From a virus (lineage: Duplodnaviria; Caudoviricetes): a stretch of DNA of 62,690 nt. Each line of letters starts with the position of its first letter. The stretch's first letter is position 1. The translations under genes and the position numbers were made by a program. The notes under the pieces are model-generated. The model worked only from the letters and a program-made list of their open reading frames with translations, was not told the origin of the DNA and searched no databases. The stretch is from positions 1 to 62,690 of the IMG/VR virus record IMGVR_UViG_3300032883_000564, one strand, 5' to 3'. Shown here in pieces: positions 45,317-53,686 of this stretch.

Positions 45317-46291
45317 TCAAACCGAAGGAACGCCTGAGGCCCGTGCCAGGTACTCGCGGGCCACCTTCACCACCTCGGGGTCCGCCCGCTCCTCCAGGCT
45401 CCGCAGGATCTCGTCCAGGGACAGGTGCTCCAGGGAGAGGCCAGTCTCCAGCGCGGTCACGTAGCCAGCGAAGAGTTCTGAATTTCCGAGCGCCCGGAGA
45501 TTCTCAGACCAGGCGAACACCTCCTTCCCTGGCCGGGCCGAACGCAGGGGCACCTCCTCAAAGGCCGGCTCCTTGCCCTTCTCCAGCGTCACGATGAGCA
45601 CCGCCGGCACGCGCTCCATCTCACCGATGGAGCGGCTCGTGCGGGCCACCGAGCCGGGCCCTGCGAACCAGCAGCCGTTCACCTTCTGCGGCTTAGTCCG
45701 CCAGTGGGTGTCGCCTTGTAGTAGCACATCTATGCCCGCCGTCAGGATCTGCTCCATGGCGATAGCCGGGAACGGATAGCCGCCCTCGCCGCGAAGGATC
45801 ATGGCGTGGGCAACCTTCACGGCGAAATCGGCCCGCGGGTCGCGGTCAAGGCCCAGCCACTCCGGATGCTCCTCTATGTTCGGGCGCCAGTTGGCAGGCG
45901 AAAGCTGCACGCAGAGGCCATCCCTCTGAACCAGGAGGTCTTCATTAAGCCACTCCAGCGGGCCTTCGCGCAGCGCCTCTAGGACCACGCCGATGGGCTG
46001 ACGGCCGATGCTATCCAGGCCGTCGGGACCGAGATCGTGCTGCCCCATGAGAGCCCATAGGTCGTGCGGCCAGTCCCGGTACAGCCTCATCACCCGGATC
46101 TTCAGCCGGTCACTGATCTCGGTCGCGCGTGGCCAGTGGAAGTGATCCCCTGCGTGCACAGTCAAGTCGCACGTGCGGGCCAGGTCGCGCACCTCCTCAA
46201 GCTTCGCAAAGATGTCGTCGCAGTACGACGGTGCCCGCGCCAGGGGCGGGCGCTCGGCGATGTGCGTGTCGCTGAACAGGAGGAGTCTCAT
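45317..46291 (-). CDS. SbcD/Mre11-like metallophosphoesterase nuclease
   Basis: SDTH, AGDHF, GQHD, GDTH, PGSVAR. Confidence 0.9.
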   Translation of the reverse strand: MRLLLFSDTHIAERPPLARAPSYCDDIFAKLEEVRDLARTCDLTVHAGDHFHWPRATEISDRLKIRVMRLYRDWPHDLWALMGQHDLGPDGLDSIGRQPIGVVLEALREGPLEWLNEDLLVQRDGLCVQLSPANWRPNIEEHPEWLGLDRDPRADFAVKVAHAMILRGEGGYPFPAIAMEQILTAGIDVLLQGDTHWRTKPQKVNGCWFAGPGSVARTSRSIGEMERVPAVLIVTLEKGKEPAFEEVPLRSARPGKEVFAWSENLRALGNSELFAGYVTALETGLSLEHLSLDEILRSLEERADPEVVKVAREYLARASGVPSV

Positions 46292-46979
46292 TGTTCCTCT
46301 CTCACTCCTACTTCACCGGCGACCACCCACTTACCATCAGCGCGGCGCCAGTGCCTAGTCGGGACAACACGCGACAGCAGGCGCTCGACCCGTCGTACCT
46401 CACGCCTGTTCGGGCAGACTGCGTACGCTATCCCTGACGCGCTCACCAGCCCTTGCTCTATACCGAGCACCCGCCTCAGCGCGATGTTGCGGTCGCCACC
46501 CCAGTGCATGGCAAGCACACGCGCCAGCTTTTCCCTCTCGGACAGAGCCTTCTTAGGGGCTGGCAACGGCAACTCCCTCCGCCACTGGCTCCAGCCTGAG
46601 CTCCACCTCGCGGCCGCAGTCAGCACAAAGCTGAGGCATGGCGAGCAGGTTCTCGTCCACCACGCAGGGGACCATACCAAACAGCGAGTGCCACGGAGGT
46701 TTCGCCCGGCGCTTCCGCCCATGCACCGGACACCTCACCTCCACCAACACGATGGGCCTGCGCACATGCCTGCTCACTCTTCGCATCCGTGCACCTCGCG
46801 CAGATGGCGTTGGCGCGCCAACTCGCAGGCCTCCGCCTCGCTGTTGGCCTGCACCGACGTGATGCTGTGCCTCCGTCCGCAGGAGCAGACCGGGCAGGCC
46901 AGGTAGACCTTGTATTCGCCCAACCATCCATACAGACACGCCACGGCGACGATCACCTCAACGACCGCCTGGACGCCAG

Positions 46980-47924
46980 TCATCTCATGCTTCTCTCGCA
47001 GATCGGGCACATCTCCAGGCTGTCCAGCACGGAGTGGAGCTGCTTCTCTGAGGCATCGAGGCGTTGACGCGCCTCGGCAAGCTGCCGGCACATGCCCTCC
47101 TGCCTCGCAGCTACCCCAACCCGCGCTGCAATGACGCCGGTGGCCCTCACCAGGGCATCAGCACGCCCCGTGAGCGCGGCCATCCGGTCTGGGAGGGTAG
47201 CGTCTTTCCAGCCCGCCCTGAGCGCCAGGAGCCGCCGCAGCCGCCCCGACGCGACCCGCGCGGCGTCCAAGCCCTCCTCGGCCTGTTTCGCCGCCCTGTG
47301 CCTCTCCTGGAGCCCCTCCCAGCGCGTCAGAAGGGCGGGGTAGTCGGGCATCGCCCCCAGCTCGGTGCGTACCGTCTCCGCCCGCGATTCTGCGTCGGTG
47401 GCCAGGCGCTCGGTACGGTCGCGGTCCCTCTTCGCCTCCACTTGTGCACGTACGACGTCGTCCATCTTAGACACGTGGGCGAGGAGCTTCGCCGCCTGCC
47501 CACCCGTGCTGGCCAGGAGAAACGGCTCGTCATGCTGGCAGTCGAAGTTGGGGCGGATGCGCACCCCGTCCACCTGGAGCTCGCGTATGCCCGTCAGCTC
47601 GGCGACGTTCGGCGGCAGCTCCCGCCCCAGGCGCGTCAGCAGTTGCTCACCTTCGGCCGTCCGCAGCCGGTAGCTGGCACCGCCCTTGGCGGGCTTCTCC
47701 CAGGTCACGCTCGCCTCTTCGAAATCCAGCGTGACCTCACCGGATGTTGCGCCGGCACGGACAAAGCGGGGGCCCGGCGTCCAGTTGAACAGGCACGCTC
47801 GAAGGGAGCGGACCAGGGCCGACTTCCCACTGCGCGAGGGGCCGACGATGACCGTAACCTGGCCCAGCTCCAGGTCAACATCGGCCAGGCTCTGAATGTC
47901 GCGCACCCTAATCCGTTTCAGCAT
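46980..47924 (-). CDS. SbcC/Rad50-like ATPase, N-terminal half ending at the Zn-hook
   Basis: Walker A GPSRSGKS, Q-loop QHDEPFLL, coiled coil, terminal CPIC. Confidence 0.88.
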   Translation of the reverse strand: MLKRIRVRDIQSLADVDLELGQVTVIVGPSRSGKSALVRSLRACLFNWTPGPRFVRAGATSGEVTLDFEEASVTWEKPAKGGASYRLRTAEGEQLLTRLGRELPPNVAELTGIRELQVDGVRIRPNFDCQHDEPFLLASTGGQAAKLLAHVSKMDDVVRAQVEAKRDRDRTERLATDAESRAETVRTELGAMPDYPALLTRWEGLQERHRAAKQAEEGLDAARVASGRLRRLLALRAGWKDATLPDRMAALTGRADALVRATGVIAARVGVAARQEGMCRQLAEARQRLDASEKQLHSVLDSLEMCPICERSMR

Positions 47925-47930
47925 GTGTGC

Positions 47931-47959
47931 AGTCTACCGCACAAATGGCAGGGCGTCAA
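47931..47959 (-). promoter_or_regulatory. Sigma70-like promoter, leaderless ATG at 47924
   Basis: TTGACG-N17-TAGACT; 6 nt to ATG. Confidence 0.7.
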
Positions 47960-47964
47960 CGGTC

Positions 47965-48201
47965 TCACTTCAGCGCCTCGATCTCGGCGCGCTTCTCAGT
48001 TACGTGTGGTCGAGGCATTATCTTGTGGTAGTCCCCCGCCTCTACCCCCACATCGAACGCCTCCAGCGCCAAGTCGCGGGCGGCGGCCAGCAGGAAGACC
48101 CACTCTTGTTCTGTGTCCCCGGTTCCGCCGCGCAGCCGGGCCTTGTTTACCAGGGCTGCGGCGGCGTCTTCCAGTGTGTACCACTTGTCCTGCACGCTCA
48201 T
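47965..48201 (-). CDS. Hypothetical protein
   Basis: AAGGAG RBS. Confidence 0.5.
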   Translation of the reverse strand: MSVQDKWYTLEDAAAALVNKARLRGGTGDTEQEWVFLLAAARDLALEAFDVGVEAGDYHKIMPRPHVTEKRAEIEALK

Positions 48202-48204
48202 TGC

Positions 48205-48546
48205 TCACTCCTTCAGCAGATGCGCGAACGGGGCATAGGCAGCGACCAGAGGCGCAAGGTCACCCTCGCCCAAGTCCCCAGCATCCCACCGCCACTTCAC
48301 AACCTTTGCCGCCCGCACCAGCGCCCGCACCAACGCCACCAGCTCGTCGGGCTCGACGTCCAGCCGGTCACAAGCCGCGACTGCTGCCAGCACCCTTTTC
48401 ATGTCTACGGCAACGGGTTCCAGGTCATGCCGGGGCTCTAGCAGTCGAACAGGACACCGGCGCTGGTAATGATCTACCTCATGTTCACCACAGTTGCGGC
48501 AGCGATCACTCTCACGAGGGTCTGGCTCGAACTTGCTTTCACTCAC
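48205..48546 (-). CDS. Hypothetical protein
   Basis: GGAGG RBS; CRNC..H..H..C. Confidence 0.55.
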   Translation of the reverse strand: MSESKFEPDPRESDRCRNCGEHEVDHYQRRCPVRLLEPRHDLEPVAVDMKRVLAAVAACDRLDVEPDELVALVRALVRAAKVVKWRWDAGDLGEGDLAPLVAAYAPFAHLLKE

Positions 48547-50164
48547 GCTTCACCTCCGACTTCTCCTCCACCCTATCGCCCAAAAGCAGGGCCAGCGTCG
48601 CCTCCAGCCGGTTCGGAAGCCACCTCGTCTGGTAGTCCTCATAGGCGCGGTCCAGGCTCCTTACGAGCCGCACGGAATGCACCAGCAGCAACGTTTCCTC
48701 GCCCAGGGCCTCAAGGGCCCGCAGCACGGCGTCTGGCTGGCCACCAAAGGGAGGCAGGTTCACGCCCAGGAACTCCAGTACCTCCGCGATCTCGTACTCC
48801 AGGCGAGCATCCTGCTTGAGGCCGTCGCGCCGGATCAGGCCCGCGGCGAGCACCTTCGTCGGGTTCGCCGCCAGGAGACGCGCCGCCGCCAGAGCCCTCT
48901 CCTTCAGCCCGTCCTGCGCCGCCTCGACCCGCCGTTCCTTTTCCTGGTCGCGTACCTCCTTCGCCGACTTGCCTTCCTCCATCTTCTTCTTGCGGCAGGC
49001 CAGGTTCATACACAGGACCCGGACGCGATCGCGGGGCCCGCCGTACATGCTGCGCGACGGAGGGCAGACCAGGAGCGCACGGCCGGCACCTTTGCCTCCC
49101 CAGGCGGGGCAGGCGCGGCAGCCGTCCTTGTCAGCCACGTGGGGCAAGACGAACGCTAGGGGCGCCGCCTCAGCCCGCTTGGAGTAGATGCTGTCGCTAA
49201 AGCTAACAGGCAGGGCAGGCATCCCATCGACGTCCCCGGCGCTCATCCCGTAGACCCCGTCCCCGGCGCTCATCCCGTAGACCGGCACGAGAGGCGACAG
49301 GTCATAGTAGACCGGCAACCCCTCGGCGTCCTTCCCTTTACCCCCCAGAAACGCCTTGAGGTCGGACTCCATCTCCTCGCGGTGGACGGCGGCCACGGAC
49401 GCCACGTAGTTGGCGGGGTTTGTGCATACCGGCTTGCCGTCCGGCGCAGTGCCGAGACAGCCCTTGGCGGCGCACTCTTCCTTCCAGTCGAAGGGAGTCT
49501 CCCTGTCCAGCGAGATGGTCCGCGCCTGGAAGATGCCCCCGACTGTCTGCTCCACGCGCTCCTCGGTAGCATCCGGCTTCTTGCGGACGCCGTCGATTCC
49601 GTCCTCCAGGACACCGAGCTGCTCCAGCGGCGCAAGGGCCCGGGCCTGGGCTGGCGTAACTACCCGCTCCTGCATGGCCTCCTGAAGCTTCTCGGGGAGC
49701 GCCAGCAGCGACAGACGCTCCTGGACGTAGGAACGGGAGCGCCCAATGGCCTGGGCCAGTTGATTTAGCGTCCAGTCCAGCTCCTCCATGACGGCCTTGA
49801 ACTGCCGGCCCTCGTCAAGCGGATGCAGGGACGCGCGCTGCAGGTTCTCGCTCAGCCCTGCGCGCGCCGCCTCGGCGTCGTCGCACTCGACCACCTCGAC
49901 GGGGATCGTCACCCATCCCAGGCGACGCGCCGCCTCGACGCGACGGTGGCCGGCGATCAGCTCCAGGTGCCCGTCGACCCTTCGGGCCCGCGGCGGCAGC
50001 AACAGACCGTCGCGCTCTATCGACCCCACGAGCTGAACAAGGGCCTCCTCGTCCTGGACAGTCCGCGCCAAGCTCGGTGAGGCCGAGATCTCCTTAAGGT
50101 CGCACGGGATCACTGTCCCCAGAGGCAGCTTGGGCATCGATTCTTCAGCCTTCTTCTTCGGCAA
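48539..50164 (-). CDS. ParB/RepB/Spo0J-family protein with long Cys-rich C-terminus
   Basis: SIERDGLL, LIAGHRR, ENLQRASL, HTH QLAQAIGRSRSYV; TTG start at 50164 after AAAGGAGG. Confidence 0.88.
   Translation of the reverse strand: MPKKKAEESMPKLPLGTVIPCDLKEISASPSLARTVQDEEALVQLVGSIERDGLLLPPRARRVDGHLELIAGHRRVEAARRLGWVTIPVEVVECDDAEAARAGLSENLQRASLHPLDEGRQFKAVMEELDWTLNQLAQAIGRSRSYVQERLSLLALPEKLQEAMQERVVTPAQARALAPLEQLGVLEDGIDGVRKKPDATEERVEQTVGGIFQARTISLDRETPFDWKEECAAKGCLGTAPDGKPVCTNPANYVASVAAVHREEMESDLKAFLGGKGKDAEGLPVYYDLSPLVPVYGMSAGDGVYGMSAGDVDGMPALPVSFSDSIYSKRAEAAPLAFVLPHVADKDGCRACPAWGGKGAGRALLVCPPSRSMYGGPRDRVRVLCMNLACRKKKMEEGKSAKEVRDQEKERRVEAAQDGLKERALAAARLLAANPTKVLAAGLIRRDGLKQDARLEYEIAEVLEFLGVNLPPFGGQPDAVLRALEALGEETLLLVHSVRLVRSLDRAYEDYQTRWLPNRLEATLALLLGDRVEEKSEVKRE
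49231..49283. repeat. 27-bp-period in-frame tandem duplication in ParB (VYGMSAGD x2)
   Basis: 49231-49256 = 49258-49283. Confidence 0.85.
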
Positions 50165-50441
50165 GGGAACCTCCTTTCGTCTCTTCATCGACTTCGTAGT
50201 CCTCCGAGTTGGCCGGATCGTCCACTTGGAATTCGTAGAGGCGGGCCGCGTCGTCCCAGAGGCCGTCAAATTCCCAGGCATCCTCTGTAGTTCCCCAGGC
50301 ATAAGTGGCCTCGCTATCATCGTCATCGGGCCGCCGCGGCTGCCAGGCGGCCATGGCCTTCTCCGGAGTCGAGTAGGCGCCCCGAATAAGCCTATCGCCA
50401 TGAAAGCTCGTCTCAAGCACCCATACCTTCTTCTTCGCCAA
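50145..50441 (-). CDS. Acidic hypothetical protein flanked by direct repeats
   Basis: KKVWVL...IRGAYSTPEKA motif; TTG start after AAAGGAGG. Confidence 0.65.
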   Translation of the reverse strand: MAKKKVWVLETSFHGDRLIRGAYSTPEKAMAAWQPRRPDDDDSEATYAWGTTEDAWEFDGLWDDAARLYEFQVDDPANSEDYEVDEETKGGSLAEEEG

Positions 50442-50460
50442 GGGAACCTCCTTTCGTCTC
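50149..50460. repeat. 35-bp direct repeats (50149-50183 and 50426-50460, one mismatch)
   Basis: Each copy contains the RBS, TTG start and first codons. Confidence 0.9.
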
Positions 50461-50823
50461 GAAACGCGCCAACGGGATCGTCGAGCCGGTCAGCCTGACG
50501 ACGACCTCAAGATCCATACGCCGGCAGCCGTCCAGCTCGGCGATTAAGCCCTCCAGCCTGAGCAGCCAAGCAGCCAGGTCCTGGCCGTTGCCCCGAACCA
50601 TAGCCCTGCCAGCGACCGTCAGTCTCATGGTCCGCGGCTTGCCGGGCTCCCATTCCAGCCAGCCCAAGCGCGCAGCCGCCCTCGCCTGATACCAAGCAAC
50701 AGAAGTCGAGGACAGGCCCAGGCCGCGCTGTAGCTCGCGGGTCGTGGGGCCAAAGCCGTGCTCCAGCCAGAAGCCGTCCAGAAAGCTCAGCAGGGCCGTC
50801 AGTACCTCCCGGGGCAGCGTCAT
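50413..50823 (-). CDS. LexA-type N-terminal winged-HTH protein, no peptidase domain
   Basis: HGFGPTTRELQRGLGLSSTSV...GWLEWEPGKPRTMRL. Confidence 0.8.
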   Translation of the reverse strand: MTLPREVLTALLSFLDGFWLEHGFGPTTRELQRGLGLSSTSVAWYQARAAARLGWLEWEPGKPRTMRLTVAGRAMVRGNGQDLAAWLLRLEGLIAELDGCRRMDLEVVVRLTGSTIPLARFETKGGSLGEEEGMGA

Positions 50824-51059
50824 GGCAACAGCCCTGCGCGCACGGCCCGAACGCTGGCCTCCGTCCGGCAGGAGGCGCCCATCTTCCGGCGGATGTGCTG
50901 CACGTGCTTCCTGGCGGTCAAGGGACTGATGCCGAGGTCAAAGCCGATCTGCTTGTCCGCTCGCCCCTCGGCCACGAGGGCGAGGACCGCCAGCTCGCGC
51001 GGGGTCAGCTTGTGGGAGTTCTCTGTCATGGGCTCATGGTCTCCATGTGCTATCATCAC
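50820..51059 (-). CDS. Stand-alone LuxR-type HTH protein
   Basis: LTPRELAVLALVAEGRADKQIGFDLGISPLTARKHVQHIRRKMG. Confidence 0.85.
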   Translation of the reverse strand: MMIAHGDHEPMTENSHKLTPRELAVLALVAEGRADKQIGFDLGISPLTARKHVQHIRRKMGASCRTEASVRAVRAGLLP

Positions 51060-51150
51060 CTTGGCGGTGCTGGATAAGGCCGCCGAGGGCGCTCGTCGCC
51101 TAGCCTTAATCGGTGCCGGCGGCGGGCGTCTTGTTCGGGCATATCAACCC

Positions 51151-51372
51151 TCATCCGTACACAACCTCAACGACGGCGCCGCAGCCACAACACTCCCACT
51201 CCCTCAGCAGACCGCCGCGGCGGCCGTCGGCGTCAGCTCCATACGACCGGTCCGTGCCGATGCAGCGCCAGCTCGGGCAGCCGCACTCGCACGGGTCCGG
51301 CATCTCCCTCTCCATCTCCTCGTACGCCGCGTCCCGGCGGGCGTCCTCCCGCAGTTCCTGGAGCGTGCTCAC
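51151..51372 (-). CDS. Small Zn-ribbon protein
   Basis: CECG, YGADADGRRG, CCGC. Confidence 0.6.
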   Translation of the reverse strand: MSTLQELREDARRDAAYEEMEREMPDPCECGCPSWRCIGTDRSYGADADGRRGGLLREWECCGCGAVVEVVYG

Positions 51373-51445
51373 AACCGCCTTCTCCTACGCAGGTAGAACG
51401 TAGCTAGGATCACTGGCTTCTCCCCTCTTTGCAGCGGAGGCTGCA

Positions 51446-51637
51446 CTAGCTGTACTTGGCCCCCGTAGCAGTGTGGCCATCCGGATAAATGTAGACGTAG
51501 GAGTGCCGGCCGGTAGGACTGATGGGACAGTGCTCGGGGCCCATCGTCCTGTGGTAGTCTTCCACGGCCAACGTCTTGCCGCAGCGACACCGGTAACACC
51601 CCTTCTTCGGCTCGGCCACCGCACCCTTCGCCATCAT
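51446..51637 (-). CDS. Small Cys/His protein, first gene after repeated promoter
   Basis: GGAGG RBS; CRC...CP..H. Confidence 0.5.
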   Translation of the reverse strand: MMAKGAVAEPKKGCYRCRCGKTLAVEDYHRTMGPEHCPISPTGRHSYVYIYPDGHTATGAKYS

Positions 51638-51666
51638 CTTGCTGCCCTCCTGCCTGCTTCCCTGTA

Positions 51667-51709
51667 CCTATGTTTATGGTAGCACCCTAACGCGTGTGTG
51701 TCAATAGAA
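51667..51709 (-). promoter_or_regulatory. Repeated promoter, copy 2
   Basis: TTGACA-N17-TACCAT; matches 43230-43272. Confidence 0.8.
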
Positions 51710-51767
51710 CAGGAGGAGGAGAAGGAAGAATTTCTCAAGATTTCCGGGCGCCCGGAGATTGGCAGGG

Positions 51768-52169
51768 CTAGGGCTTGGGGCTCTGAGAGGGGCGGTGCCA
51801 GCCACGCGCCTTGCGGAGCTGCCAGGCTGCGCGCCAGTTAGCCCGCAGCTCGGTCTGACCGTCGGGGCCCCTTAGGCGCTTCTTTGCCCAGCGGTGGTAG
51901 CGCGTCCGCTGCTGGGCCCGCCTCACCTCCAACGTCTGTGTCGGCCGAGCCTTCGTGTGGCAGCGGTCTATGCCAAGCCGGTCGCAGAGCTGCGCGTACC
52001 ACCATCGGGATATCCCCAGGCCCGTCTCCTCCCGAAGCGCCTTCAGCACCTCGGGGAAGGGCATCTGGGCAAGCGGCGGGTGCTTCTTGCACTGCTTTAC
52101 AGCTCTCTGCCCACTGTGGCGCAGGAGGAAGTCGATGCGGATCTTGGCGAGGGCAGGATCGGAGCTCAC
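51768..52169 (-). CDS. Basic putative DNA-binding protein
   Basis: GTG 52169 lies 7 nt after TTGGCA-N17-TAGAAT (52177-52205). Confidence 0.55.
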   Translation of the reverse strand: MSSDPALAKIRIDFLLRHSGQRAVKQCKKHPPLAQMPFPEVLKALREETGLGISRWWYAQLCDRLGIDRCHTKARPTQTLEVRRAQQRTRYHRWAKKRLRGPDGQTELRANWRAAWQLRKARGWHRPSQSPKP

Positions 52170-52205
52170 GGCTCCCATTCTACACCGCCAACGCGTCGAT
52201 GCCAA

Positions 52206-52397
52206 TTATCGGGCCGCGCGCCGGCAGCTCAGGCAGCGCCCTTCATAGAGCCGCTTCTCCACGTGGTCCGGACCGGCCAGTATCCCGCAGTCCCGGCATC
52301 GCGGATGCCCGCGCGCTTGACGGCCGCAGACAGCGCACTCCATCGCCGAACTGCTTGGTGCCGGCCGCTCAACCACAAGTCCGGTGTCTGTTCTCAA
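52206..52397 (-). CDS. Small Zn-finger protein
   Basis: CAVC, HPRCRDCGILAGPDH, CLSC. Confidence 0.6.
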   Translation of the reverse strand: MRTDTGLVVERPAPSSSAMECAVCGRQARGHPRCRDCGILAGPDHVEKRLYEGRCLSCRRAAR

Positions 52398-52587
52398 ACG
52401 CCGCCAACCTCCTGCTCGCCCGATCCACGACCACCGCTAGCTCTCCACCCGCGAGAGCCACGTTCACTCTCACCTCGGCCAACTGCCCACAGCGGCAGCC
52501 CAGCCGTACCTTCACCATTGGCCCCGCCTCCTCCAGGTCCGGCACGTCCAGCCACAACTGCGGATGGACTGGATGCGCCAGCCGCAA

Positions 52588-52887
52588 CTAGCCCTCCTCG
52601 GGAGCCTTGATGTTCACCTTCGTCCGCGGCTTGGTCTCGAAGCTCACACTCCGGGACTCCACGGGCTTGACCTCGATGACGAAGCGGCCGCAACGAAGGC
52701 TCGTCGGCTCCTCGTAGCCCATCTTCAGGATGTCGCCCTTCACACTCTCATCGAGGTCGCGGTAGGCCTTCGACACGGCTCCCTTCTCCGCCTTGGCGCT
52801 CTCACGCCTCTCCAGCCGCTGCTCCAGGTCGGCGTCCTCCAGGACCTTCTCGTCGAAGCTCCCCTGTGCCTTTGCCTTAACCGGCAT
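52588..52887 (-). CDS. Small coiled-coil/beta phage protein
   Basis: Co-oriented; GGGG RBS; charged helix followed by beta strands. Confidence 0.6.
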   Translation of the reverse strand: MPVKAKAQGSFDEKVLEDADLEQRLERRESAKAEKGAVSKAYRDLDESVKGDILKMGYEEPTSLRCGRFVIEVKPVESRSVSFETKPRTKVNIKAPEEG

Positions 52888-53686
52888 TCGTGCCCCCTTT
52901 CTTCAGTCTCACGTCCTTGCCTGTGCAGGCCACCACTCCTCGCCCGAACCGGCTGAGTATCCGGGGGTCCAGCCGGTCCGGATCCACGTTGCTCGTCACG
53001 ATAGTCGGAAGAGACGCGCCGTAGCGGGCGTCCAGCATCAGCCACAGCCGCTCACCCGCCCACTCCGTCGCCTTCTCGGTGCCGAGATCGTCAAGCACGA
53101 GCAGGCAGCGGCCCGTCATGAACGGGGCCATCAGATCCTCTATGGCGCCGACAACCCTTTCCTCCTCCGGGGTCCGCCTGTCCGCCTCATAGGCGTGCCG
53201 CCAGTAGTCCAGGAGATGGGGTACGGCACGGAACATGGCGCCGGGGTGCACCGTCTCTTTCATCGCCGCCACAGCCAGGTGCGTCTTTCCTGTGCCACAC
53301 TCCCCAATTAGGAGCGCCCCCCAGAGCCTGCCGGCCGCCACGGCCTTCGCCGCCCTGAGCGCGCGCTCCATACCCGGGTTCAGCGATAGGTCGAAGCTGG
53401 CGAAGGTGCAGACGTGAAAGCGTGGCGGGACCTGCTGGCGCCTGAGCCGCTGCTCTTCGGACTCGTCCAGGATGCACTGGCAGGGCAGGGCCTTACCGAA
53501 GTCAGGGTGGCCGAGGGGGACGCCAGCCCGGACGTAGCCGGCGTCGCCGCATAGCGGACAAGCCGGATCATCCTGAACCGGGGCACACCCGCTCCCCAAC
53601 GAGTCTTCGGGCGAACTCTCCCGGCCCTTCTCGATGATCTCGGCCAGCTTCCTCATCCCGCCTCGTGGCCCGCCTGCCAGCGTCAT
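52877..53686 (-). CDS. DnaC/IstB-like AAA+ helicase loader
   Basis: CPLC..GY..PCQC; GECGTGKTHLA; LVLDDLGTE; TIVTSN; RILSR. Confidence 0.9.
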   Translation of the reverse strand: MTLAGGPRGGMRKLAEIIEKGRESSPEDSLGSGCAPVQDDPACPLCGDAGYVRAGVPLGHPDFGKALPCQCILDESEEQRLRRQQVPPRFHVCTFASFDLSLNPGMERALRAAKAVAAGRLWGALLIGECGTGKTHLAVAAMKETVHPGAMFRAVPHLLDYWRHAYEADRRTPEEERVVGAIEDLMAPFMTGRCLLVLDDLGTEKATEWAGERLWLMLDARYGASLPTIVTSNVDPDRLDPRILSRFGRGVVACTGKDVRLKKGGTNAG

